Below, piece after piece: positions 8,699 to 17,193 of a stretch of DNA of 64,000 nucleotides; the first letter of the stretch is position 1; each line of letters starts with the position of its first letter. The translations under genes and the position numbers were made by a program. The notes under the pieces are model-generated. The model was not told the origin of the DNA. It saw only the letters and a list, made by a program, of their open reading frames with translations, and ran no database searches. Origin of the DNA: Acidobacteriota bacterium (lineage in GTDB: Bacteria > Acidobacteriota > UBA6911 > RPQK01 > JAJDTT01); the NCBI GenBank assembly GCA_965217775.1, contig CBDCJH010000002.1, forward strand, positions 4,416,001-4,480,000, in the 5' to 3' direction.

Positions 8699-8740
8699 TG
8701 GAACGGACCGCGGGAGAAGATGACTGTTCCCTTTTCGACT
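8699..8740 (+). repeat. ~41-bp site, copy 1 (TGGAACGGACC...TGACTG..CCCTTTTCGA)
   Basis: Also at 9773-9813 and 10082-10123. Confidence 0.9.
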
Positions 8741-8786
8741 TTCTGCGAATTGTTCCAGTTGTTCCCTGATAAACTGACTAAGTTTT

Positions 8787-9176
8787 ATGTCGGTAGAGAT
8801 ACAGATTCCTGAAGATAGCCTAACTGGCTTTAGCGTACAGGCCCGGAAGCTCTTGAAGGAAGCGACGGCCGAGTACGCCACTGATCTAATCGACGAGACC
8901 AATAGAATCGAAGCAGGTCGCAACTCAACGAGTGGACCGCCAGAGGTCACGCGCGGAATGGTTGATGATGCAAGAGTCCTGTTGCGCCGGGGACTAGGTG
9001 CACCAAGGAGAGGCTGGAGATCTAAGGTGCTGCGCGTAGTAGCAGCAGTGCTATCACTGAGCGTCGGGGTCTTGTATCCCAAGGATGAATTGCAGGATAG
9101 TGCGTATCTTCTGGTTTTCATCCTTCTAGTAGCAGCTGCGATATTGGCTGTAACTATATCGACACTCAGGGAGTAG
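8787..9176 (+). CDS. Histone-fold-like protein with two C-terminal TM helices
   Basis: FSVQARKLLKEATAEYATDLIDETNRIE...EVTRGMVDDA resembles histone alpha2-L2-alpha3; two hydrophobic C-terminal segments. Confidence 0.55.
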   Translation: MSVEIQIPEDSLTGFSVQARKLLKEATAEYATDLIDETNRIEAGRNSTSGPPEVTRGMVDDARVLLRRGLGAPRRGWRSKVLRVVAAVLSLSVGVLYPKDELQDSAYLLVFILLVAAAILAVTISTLRE

Positions 9177-9181
9177 AAGGA

Positions 9182-9754
9182 ATGGACCGTCGAGAATATT
9201 CGGATACGCTCTACGAGCTAGGGAAACGACGACGCTCTCGCCGTAGAATCAACCTTATCTTAAGGACATATACATCGTTCGGACTATTATTGTCTATTGT
9301 CGCTGGTGGCTTTTTCTTGTTGACACTGTTGCCTTTCGACCTTTCCAATCAACAGCAGTGGTCTCTGATGGCAGCAGGAGTTGGGGTGCTACTTTCGTTG
9401 ATGTCAAGATTCCTCATTACCTTCTACAAGGAACGAGAGGCAGAAACGCTAGAGCGTATAACAGAATATGAGAGACTTGGCCACTTTCTGTCCGCATGGG
9501 CGGAATTCGAACGTGTTAGCAGGAAGATGCTGGCTGACCAAGGCGTCGATCGCAAGGTGCACTCTCTTCGTTCTATTATCTCGTTTCTATATAGGATGGA
9601 GAAGATTGATCGAGAAGATGTTTTTGTTCTTGAAGAAGGGTTAAAGATCCGCAATTCGATTGTCCACGGTGAGCGTCTGACATCGGCAAGAGTCACGGAA
9701 CGGCTGACGAACTTTCTGGGCGAGGTCATAAGGAAAATCGAGGTAGTAGCATAG
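9182..9754 (+). CDS. 2TM + HEPN-like protein
   Basis: Two N-terminal TM segments, an FLSAWAEFE helix and RNSIVH (RxxxxH); starts 5 nt after the previous stop. Confidence 0.65.
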   Translation: MDRREYSDTLYELGKRRRSRRRINLILRTYTSFGLLLSIVAGGFFLLTLLPFDLSNQQQWSLMAAGVGVLLSLMSRFLITFYKEREAETLERITEYERLGHFLSAWAEFERVSRKMLADQGVDRKVHSLRSIISFLYRMEKIDREDVFVLEEGLKIRNSIVHGERLTSARVTERLTNFLGEVIRKIEVVA

Positions 9755-9772
9755 TAGCGAATCTCCTTCCAA

Positions 9773-9813
9773 TGGAACGGACCTCGCGAAAACGTGACTG
9801 TCCCCTTTTCGAT
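9773..9813 (+). repeat. ~41-bp site, copy 2
   Basis: tggaacggacctcgcgaaaacgtgactgtccccttttcgat. Confidence 0.9.
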
Positions 9814-9821
9814 CGTTCGTG

Positions 9822-10057
9822 CGGGAATCGTGGAGCTGTCCGGCGGCCGATTGCTGGTCGTGAACTCCGACTGGCACTACCAAGAACCGGGCGAGAATCG
9901 TGTGCAGCTCTTCATCACGGATGCCTCGAAGAACATTTCGTGGACTCTTCCGGTGACCGCCTTCGACGGCTGGAAGCGGGGAGAGATCGAGCCCAAGACG
10001 GGGCTGCTGGAACATCGAGCCGGAGTGGTCCAGTTGCTGGACCCAGACATTCCCTGA
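9822..10057 (+). pseudogene. Orphan 3' fragment of a beta-propeller gene homologous to 8440-8674
   Basis: VELSGGRLLVVNSDWHYQEPGENRVQLFIT... is near-identical in protein to the end of 7691-8674, with many synonymous changes. Confidence 0.85.
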
Positions 10058-10081
10058 CCGTATTCACGGGGCTTAGTACAC

Positions 10082-10123
10082 TGGAACGGACCTCGCGAGA
10101 ACGTGACTGCCCCCTTTTCGACT
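10082..10123 (+). repeat. ~41-bp site, copy 3
   Basis: tggaacggacctcgcgagaacgtgactgcccccttttcgact. Confidence 0.9.
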
Positions 10124-10180
10124 GCCCGGACGAAAGGGCCTGTGGCTTGTGATTTCTGGTTGAAGTTTCAGATCACAGCT

Positions 10181-11302
10181 TTACCGCGGCTGCAGTTCCA
10201 CGCGCCAGAGTTCGAGACACTCACCCGACTGGTAGAGAATCACGTTGGGCTCGACTTCGAATATCGTGGGATACGCCATTCTCGGAGCATAGTCGGCAAC
10301 CGTGGTGGCGAGCCAGCCCTTTCCGGTTCCATCGGCATTGATTGCCAGTTGGCATTTCCTTCTCTGATCTTCGTGTCTCCAGTCCGACTTTTTCTCCCTG
10401 CTGCGCTGAACCAACTGGCCATAGGCTAACGCCAATCGCCCGTCCCTCAGTCTCAGCAGATAGGGGTCCACCCCGGGGCCCAGGACCATGTCGGCGGGTG
10501 GGCTCCAGGTTCTTCCGCCGTCGCCGCTCCAGCTCGCCACCATGGGCGAGTAGTGTCCGGTCCGCATTACGGCCAACATCCGGCCATCGTCCAGCGGAAG
10601 CAACGCCCACTCGTTGAATCCTTCCGAATCAACCATCACCCCGGCCTGCGGGGCGGCTACGGTGGAATAGTATCGCCAGGTGTCTCCCTGATCGTCGGAG
10701 CTCACCAGGAAAGACCTCATCTTGAAGGGGGTCTCCATCTTGCTGCGAGGGTCGGTTGTCGGCAGATTGTCTTCCTCGAAGCTGCCAATCATGCAAGCCA
10801 GCAGGGTCCCATCGAGCATCTCTCGAATGCCCCGATGGAAAAAGATGGTCGAGCTGTTCTGGTCCCGGACTTCGGAGAAGTTATCGATGGGAACGGATCC
10901 CGCCTCCGGAATGATGAGGACGGTTTCTTTCTTCTCAACGGTCTTGAACCCGTCGCGGGAACGCCACATTCTCCCCACGCAGCGGCCCGCCTCGCGGCAG
11001 GTCACGTTCCAATAGAAGCCGACGAACAGTCCCTTTCTCCAGTAGAGGGAGGTCAGCTTCTCGGCGAACAGGTAAGAACCAAACGGCGGATCGGACTCAT
11101 CCACCGGCCAAAAATACCTGCCCCCATCGTTACTCTTGAGCGCCCCATAGACATAGATGGTTCCATCCGGAGCCTCGACCGCCCTGGGATGACGGCATCT
11201 TGCTGCCGTCACCTGAACGTCCAACTCTGCCGCCGCCTGAGTCATGGCCGAGGCCATGGTGACGAATGCCAACAAATGGAATCCTCTATGAACATGCATC
11301 AC
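10181..11302 (-). CDS. Secreted sialidase-like / BNR (Asp-box) repeat protein
   Basis: Signal peptide; Asp boxes SRDGFKT, SDDQGDTW, SGDGGRTW. Confidence 0.8.
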   Translation of the reverse strand: MMHVHRGFHLLAFVTMASAMTQAAAELDVQVTAARCRHPRAVEAPDGTIYVYGALKSNDGGRYFWPVDESDPPFGSYLFAEKLTSLYWRKGLFVGFYWNVTCREAGRCVGRMWRSRDGFKTVEKKETVLIIPEAGSVPIDNFSEVRDQNSSTIFFHRGIREMLDGTLLACMIGSFEEDNLPTTDPRSKMETPFKMRSFLVSSDDQGDTWRYYSTVAAPQAGVMVDSEGFNEWALLPLDDGRMLAVMRTGHYSPMVASWSGDGGRTWSPPADMVLGPGVDPYLLRLRDGRLALAYGQLVQRSREKKSDWRHEDQRRKCQLAINADGTGKGWLATTVADYAPRMAYPTIFEVEPNVILYQSGECLELWRVELQPR

Positions 11303-11349
11303 TTCAATTACCTCCTAACCGGGAAAAACTGGAAAAACACTCCTTCGCC

Positions 11350-11440
11350 GGAGCGGCGGTTTTTCAGTCGCCGACTTTCCTTCTGGCTCCGTCGTGCTCC
11401 GGTTTGGACCGAAGAGGGCACCCACAAGGGGTGCCCCTAC
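11350..11440. repeat. REP-like palindromes (family B 11350-11374; GTAG family A 11414-11440)
   Basis: ggagcggcggtttttcagtcgccga; gagggcacccacaaggggtgcccctac. Confidence 0.8.
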
Positions 11441-11516
11441 CGACTGTTCTCTATCAATGTGCACAAGAATTCGAGATTAACCCGGATTATCCATAAGCGC
11501 CCGGGGGGCGAGAGAA

Positions 11517-11531
11517 GGTGGCTGTCCTCTT
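11517..11531 (+). repeat. Boundary motif variant
   Basis: ggtggctgtcctctt. Confidence 0.65.
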
Positions 11532-11638
11532 CTCATCAGAACGATTGCCAGTCACCTGCCGGTCATGCTCGAAAAGCCCGTTGGAGTTCAGTATTTTGGC
11601 ATTCGTCAGCGGCTCAGTCATTTTTGCGGGAGGTTAGG

Positions 11639-11839
11639 ATGAAGAAGTGGGAGTACAAAGTTCTTGACTCGAAGGATGTCCCTCGTGCGGGAATCCTCAA
11701 GGGCAGGGACCGATCAGGCGTCGAAAAGTATCTCAACAGCCTTGGCAGAAAAGGCTGGGACCTGGTCAATATTGACTTCCGGGAATTGGAGGGCCGCTTC
11801 GAGTTCACGGCCGTGGCCAAGCGAGAGAAAACCTGGTAA
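11639..11839 (+). CDS. DUF4177 domain protein
   Basis: MKKWEYKVL...LNSLGRKGWDLV; GGAGG ribosome-binding site upstream. Confidence 0.8.
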   Translation: MKKWEYKVLDSKDVPRAGILKGRDRSGVEKYLNSLGRKGWDLVNIDFRELEGRFEFTAVAKREKTW

Positions 11840-11893
11840 CCATGGACTAAGCCTGAATGAGCTTGCGCGGGTGAGAACGAGGGCGGGTGAAAA

Positions 11894-11908
11894 CGTGAGT
11901 GTCCCCTT
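11894..11908 (+). repeat. Boundary motif variant
   Basis: cgtgagtgtcccctt. Confidence 0.7.
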
Positions 11909-12046
11909 CCAGGCCGTCTTCCCGTCGCTCACTGCATCGCTTGGCGTACTTGCGTTCCCGTCGTGATGCGGCACATCGGCTGTGGAACGACCTGCCTCTC
12001 CAGCAGTGCAGGCGGCCATAATCTCCGGAACTGCCACTGCGGCGCG

Positions 12047-14427
12047 ATGTGGCACAGGAGGATCATCCTGTTACGACCGAAGTTCCTGGTGGTGGGATCG
12101 GTTTTCCTGTTGTCGAGTTTTGTGCGGCAGGCGCCTGCCGGCCAGACGGACGTCACCGGTGTGGTCGATCCGGCTCTCATCGATGGTCCGGCTGCTCCCG
12201 TTCCGCCGGCGGTGATGACCCGCAACGGGCAGGGTCAGGCGACGGTTCGGGCGGTGAGGCTGGATGAGAGTATCGACTTCGACGGAGTGCTGGACGAGGC
12301 CATCTACGGGACTGTTCCCGCCATCAGCGGTTTCATTCAACTGACGCCGGATGTGGGAGCGGCGGCGACCGAGCGGACTGAGGCGTGGATCCTGTTCGAC
12401 GAGACGAACGTCTACGTCTCGGCGCGGCTCTGGGACTCGGCGCCCGAGAGCCAGTGGGTGGCCAACGAGATGCGCCGCGACACCACCCAGCTCCGTCAGA
12501 ACGACACGTTCGCCGTGCTGTTCGATACGTTTTACGACCGCCGCAACGGAGTCCTCTTCTACACGAATCCACTCGGAGCCCGCGCAGACGCGCAGTTCAC
12601 GAACGAGGGCAATCCGAACTCGGACTGGAACCCGGTCTGGGACGTGCGTACCGGCCGTTTCGACGGCGGCTGGACGGTGGAGATGGAGATCCCGTTCAAG
12701 ACCCTGCGCTACCGCTCGGAGCCGCCTCATATCTGGGGCATTCAGCTCCGCCGCGCCATCCGGCGCAAGAACGAATGGGCCTATCTGACGCGGTTGCCCG
12801 TCGCGTCCGGATCGGCGGCGGTGCTCGCGGGATCTTCCGCGTCTCGCAAGCCGGCTCGCTGGTTGGCATTGAGCCTCCATCGGCGGGCCGCAACCTCGAG
12901 CTCAAGCCATATGCCATCGGCGGCTTGACCACGGACATGGCGGCGACCCCGGTGAAGATCAACGAGGGTAGCGCCGACGGCGGCATCGACATCAAGTACG
13001 GCATCACGCAGAACCTGACCGCGGACTTCACCTGGAACACCGACTTCGCCCAGGTCGAGGTGGACGAGCGGCAGGTGAACCTGACCCGCTTCCCGCTGTT
13101 CTTTCCGGAGAAGCGGGAGTTCTTTCTCGAAGGGCGGGGCATCTTCGGCTTCGCCACCGGCGGCTTCACGCGCGCCGCCAGTGTGGCCCGTAATCCGGTC
13201 GCCGGGTTCTTCGGCGACGTGAACGTGCCGCAGCTCTTCTACAGCCGGAAGATCGGGCTGGAGGAGGGCCGCGTGGTGCCGATCGTCGGCGGAGCGCGGG
13301 TCACCGGCAAGGTTGGAAGGTTCGATGTCGGGCTGCTGAACATCCATGCCGGCGAGGAGACGGTCTCGGACTCCAAGCCGACCAATTTCTCGGTCGTCCG
13401 CCTCCGGCGCGACATCCTGAGGCGCAGCTCCGTCGGCGCCATGTTCACCAACCGCTCGGTCTCCCGCGTGGCCCCGGGCTCGAGCCAGGCCTACGGCATC
13501 GACGGCACCTTCGCCTTCTTCGAAAACCTCAACCTGACGACCTACATTGCCCGGACCCAGCTTCCCGGTCCCGAGCACCAGGGCAAGGACCTGAGCTACC
13601 AGGGCAAATTCGAGTACGCGGCGGACCGCTACGGATTCCAGGCGGATCACCTCGTGGTGGAAGACAACTTCCTGCCGGAGGTGGGCTTCCTGCGGCGCGA
13701 CAACTTCAGGCGCACCTTCACGTCGGCACGATTCAGCCCCCGGCCGCAGTCGATCAAGAGCGTCCGGCAGTTCACCCTGGAGGGCAGCATCGATTACATC
13801 CAGACGGCCGACGAGAATCACCTGGAGACGCGCCAGAACATCGTGGCGTTCGAGACCGAGTTCGAGTCCAGCGACCGGCTGACTCTGACGGCGACCGACA
13901 GCTACGAGTTGCTGATCCAGCCGTTCGTTCCTCCCGGTTCCGAATTCTCGATCCCGGCGGGAGGCTACAGCTTCGCCGACGTTCACGTCGCGTACTCCAT
14001 GGCACAGCAACGCCGCATCAACGGGACGATGGCGGTGAGACGGGGCGCCTACTTCGGCGGGGACCTGACGACGTTGGAACTCACGCAGGGCCGCATCGCG
14101 GTGCTGCCGCAGATGTCGGTGGAGCCGACGGTCTCGTTCAACTGGATCGACACGCCATACGGGGCGTTCCAGACGAACCTGGCGGTGGCGCGGGTCAACT
14201 ACGCGTTCAACCCCCGCATGTTCTTCAGTGGGCTCATCCAGTACAACTCAGCCAGCAGCTCTTTCAGCAGCAACCTGCGCCTGCGGTGGGAGTACAGCCC
14301 GGGCAGCGAGCTTTTCGTGGTCTACACCGACGACCGCGACGTCACCGGCGGCTTGCGGCCCGACCGGGGCTGGGATCTGCGGAACCGCGGCTTTGTCGTC
14401 AAGTTCAACAAGTTGTTACGGTTCTGA
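12047..14427 (+). pseudogene. CBM9-like + DUF5916 outer-membrane protein, frameshifted near 12800-12815
   Basis: N-terminal half in ORF 11963-12928 (WTVEMEIPFKTLRY); C-terminal half in ORF 12385-14427 (NTDFAQVEVD, FPEKREFFLEG, C-terminal F). Confidence 0.75.
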
Positions 14428-14526
14428 CGTCGACAGCGCCCTGGCTTGACCAGAGTCTCCCCGGAGGAAGGAAAAAAAGAGTGCTGAATCTTCAACGCGC
14501 CAAGAATATAAACTGAGGTTGTCATC

Positions 14527-14607
14527 ATGAAGATCACTCGAATTCGCGCAACTGATTTCATCCAGCAAAGAATGGCCGGCTCGTTCCATCAACCGAGTCC
14601 GTCATGA
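14527..14607 (+). pseudogene. 5' remnant of a mandelate racemase/muconate lactonizing enzyme gene (26-codon ORF)
   Basis: GAGG RBS followed by MKITRIRAT, a typical enolase-superfamily N-terminus; its stop overlaps the Nramp ATG. Confidence 0.5.
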
Positions 14608-16271
14608 ACGCCAAACCATCGTCGCGCAAACAGCACGAAACGAATGACCCGGTCGATCTGTACGCGCGCGATGCGCATACGTTTCGTGAACCACCGCAAG
14701 GCATCCGGATGACGCTACGGCACTTGGGACCCGGACTGATCCTGGTCGGCTCAATCGTCGGTTCCGGCGAGTTGATCATGACGACCAAGCTCGGCGCACA
14801 AGGTGGTTTTGCACTCTTGTGGTTTGTGTTGCTCTCATGCGTCATCAAGACCGTTGTCCAAGCCGAACTGGGACGCCATGTGATTTCCAGCGGCGAGACG
14901 ATTTTGGTGATGTTCAACAAGCTGCCCGGACCACGCGGACGGCGGCCGAGTTGGCTTTGTCTGGAGTGGTTACTGATTGTCGTGGTCAGCACATACCTCG
15001 GCCTGGGCCTCTGGTCGTGGAATCTGGCTGCGGGTATCGGTGCGGGCGGATTGGCCGCGAGCGTGCTGTCCATTTGGATTGTGGCTGCGTTGTTGCTCGC
15101 GATGCGAAGTCGGCAACGCGAGATGGTGCAAGCGTCAGATGCTCAAAGCCGACCGATGTTGGGGTGGTTCCTGTGGCTGTACCTTGCTTGCCAATTGGTC
15201 ATGTTTATCAGCGTCGGCGCGGTGATGGGCGGGGCAGGCCAGGCACTGGCACTGGGCTTTGAAAACGTCCTGGGAACAACCGACGCCAAGCTGTGGACTG
15301 CCGGCATCGCCGTTGTTTGCGGGGCACTGTTGCTCGTGGGTCGTTACAAGATGCTTGAACGAGTATCGCTGGTAATGGTTCTTGTTTTCACATTGATCAC
15401 GATTCTCTGCACGGCGCTGCTTTACTGGACGGACAACGCCATTACGTTCGAGCAAATTCGCCACGGATTACAGTTTTCGTTTCCCGAGTTTCTGGCAATA
15501 GACGTGACGCTGACGATGATCGTGTTAACCGCACTGGGCATGTACGCGGCGACGGGGATCGGCACTTGGGAGATGATGCACTACACGTACTGGTGCGTCG
15601 AGAAAGGCTACGCGCGACACACCGGCGCGAATCAACCTGGCGATCAGTGGACGCAGCGGGCTCGCGGGTGGATACGCGTCATGTATACCGACGTGCTGCT
15701 GACCATGGCCGTGTTCACGATCAGCACCGTTTGTTTTTACTTACTCGGTGCAGCGATTTTGTATCCTGAGCGCGACCCGGCGGGTAAAGAAACACTCGGT
15801 GTACTGCAAAACATTTTCACGGAGTCGCTGGGCCCGTGGGCGGCCACGCTCTTCGTGGTCGGTGGGTTCGTGGTGCTGTTCTCGACGACCTATTCCGGCA
15901 CGGCTGGGAGTTCACGATTGGTGGCCGATGCCCTGTGCGTGATGGGAGTGATTGACGCGCGCGATTACGGAGCACGTCTGCGCTTCACGCGCTTCTACAT
16001 CGTTTTCGGCCTCACGATGGGAACGGTGACGTATTGCTTGCTGCAAAACCCTCCGCTGATGTTGATCATTTCGGGATTTGTGGCAGTCGTGCTATATCCC
16101 GTGTTTGGTCTGGGAACGGTTTATTTGAGGTACCGTGGCGTGGACGAGCGAATCCGTCCCGGATCATTCACCACCTCGTGGCTGTGGATTTGCGGATTGG
16201 CCTTGGCCGTCATCTCACCGGCAGCAGGGTTACTTGTGCTGGCGTTGAATCAAGGCTGGTTTGAGTTTTGA
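14604..16271 (+). CDS. Nramp-family (YcsG-like) transporter
   Basis: LGPGLILVGSIVGSGELI; multiple TM segments. Confidence 0.8.
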   Translation: MNAKPSSRKQHETNDPVDLYARDAHTFREPPQGIRMTLRHLGPGLILVGSIVGSGELIMTTKLGAQGGFALLWFVLLSCVIKTVVQAELGRHVISSGETILVMFNKLPGPRGRRPSWLCLEWLLIVVVSTYLGLGLWSWNLAAGIGAGGLAASVLSIWIVAALLLAMRSRQREMVQASDAQSRPMLGWFLWLYLACQLVMFISVGAVMGGAGQALALGFENVLGTTDAKLWTAGIAVVCGALLLVGRYKMLERVSLVMVLVFTLITILCTALLYWTDNAITFEQIRHGLQFSFPEFLAIDVTLTMIVLTALGMYAATGIGTWEMMHYTYWCVEKGYARHTGANQPGDQWTQRARGWIRVMYTDVLLTMAVFTISTVCFYLLGAAILYPERDPAGKETLGVLQNIFTESLGPWAATLFVVGGFVVLFSTTYSGTAGSSRLVADALCVMGVIDARDYGARLRFTRFYIVFGLTMGTVTYCLLQNPPLMLIISGFVAVVLYPVFGLGTVYLRYRGVDERIRPGSFTTSWLWICGLALAVISPAAGLLVLALNQGWFEF

Positions 16272-16418
16272 TCGGCAGCATGCCGGAGCTCGGAATCGGC
16301 ACCGTAGCGCAAATACACCTGGGGGTCGCCATGCCGAATCTCGATTTCGACAGCGACACGTGCGGGCTCGCTCTACCACCAGAGTGAGGTGATCGCCGCT
16401 CTGCTGCACATTGAGAAG
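16271..16418 (+). pseudogene. 3' remnant of a muconate cycloisomerase-like gene
   Basis: IGSMPELGIGTVAQIHLGVAMPNLDFDSDTCG, then after a frameshift YHQSEVIAALLHIEK; ends at the boundary motif. Confidence 0.65.
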
Positions 16419-16422
16419 AAAA

Positions 16423-16437
16423 ACCGACTGTCCCCTA
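16423..16437 (+). repeat. Boundary motif variant
   Basis: accgactgtccccta. Confidence 0.7.
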
Positions 16438-16472
16438 CTCCGGCAGTCCAGCCGCCCGCACCGCGTTGGCGA

Positions 16473-16583
16473 GCTATCCCTGACCGCGGAATCTTCAGGG
16501 GCAAGGACCGATCAGACGTCGAAGAGTATCTCAACAGCCTTGGCCAAAATGGCTGGGAAATTGTCAACGTTGACTTCCGGTGA
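16473..16583 (+). pseudogene. Internal fragment of a DUF4177 gene homologous to 11675-11785
   Basis: GIFRGKDRSDVEEYLNSLGQNGWEIVNVDFR*. Confidence 0.8.
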
Positions 16584-16613
16584 TCGATCACAGACGGATG
16601 GATCGCGGCTGAC

Positions 16614-16877
16614 CTAGGCTTCGACCTTCTCGGACAACCAGACTTTCATCAGCGACTGGTAGGGAACATCTCGTTTATGGGCCGCGATCTTGATCTGTTC
16701 AAGTAGAGCGACCGGCAACCTGAGGGAAATTGTCTGCGTAGACGGTTTGAGATTAGCCAAACGAATACGTTCAGCCTGGCTCCAATCGACATAGCCGCTG
16801 GAGTCGTGACTCTCCCAGAAGGCCCGCTCCTGCGCTTCGTTTTTGAACGCGGGAATGGGCCTACGTTTCTTTTTCAT
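16614..16877 (-). CDS. brnA: BrnA-family / CopG-like antitoxin
   Basis: IPAFKNEAQERAFWESHDS; ISLRLP...VPYQSLMK. Confidence 0.85.
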   Translation of the reverse strand: MKKKRRPIPAFKNEAQERAFWESHDSSGYVDWSQAERIRLANLKPSTQTISLRLPVALLEQIKIAAHKRDVPYQSLMKVWLSEKVEA

Positions 16878-17163
16878 AACGGGATCGCTCCTTGCTATGC
16901 ATGCCCCGTGCGGAGATCACGCGGATCTTGGTGCTTTCCCCGCGGAGTGTGAACGTTACATGTAGTTGGCGCCCCGAGTTGGTGACGCCGAGCGCATGAA
17001 ACCGAGGCTCGAGTCGGCTGTGCTTGACATCCTCGACAACTAGAAGCGGTTCGTTGAAAAATACTTGCTCCGCTTCGGCTTGGCTGACACTGTGCTTGTC
17101 GAAGCTTTTCCGTGCGTTGCCCTCGTCCCACTGAAAGCCAACAACCCGTGTGAAGTCAGCCAC
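16861..17163 (-). CDS. brnT: BrnT family toxin
   Basis: GTG start at 17163; FQWDEGNARKS..KHSVS..EAEQVF, IRVISAR...KER..Y. Confidence 0.85.
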   Translation of the reverse strand: MADFTRVVGFQWDEGNARKSFDKHSVSQAEAEQVFFNEPLLVVEDVKHSRLEPRFHALGVTNSGRQLHVTFTLRGESTKIRVISARGMHSKERSRYEKET

Positions 17164-17167
17164 GCTT

Positions 17168-17188
17168 TGTATATTACCAAAATATACA
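17168..17188. promoter_or_regulatory. Putative brnTA autoregulatory operator
   Basis: Perfect inverted repeat TGTATATT-N5-AATATACA just upstream of brnT. Confidence 0.6.
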
Positions 17189-17193
17189 CACAC

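Noticed and set aside
8440-10057. Diversity-generating retroelement TR/VR pair
   Set aside because: The differences are not adenine-specific and are mostly synonymous; no reverse transcriptase gene is present.
8699-10123. Classical integron attC sites or CRISPR repeats
   Set aside because: No RYYYAAC...GTTRRRY boxes or long attC hairpin, no intI in the window, and the spacing is far too long for CRISPR.
10553-11839. 428-aa ORF
   Set aside because: Only the last 66 aa (DUF4177, with its own RBS) are credible; the rest is antisense to the sialidase-like gene and crosses REP repeats.
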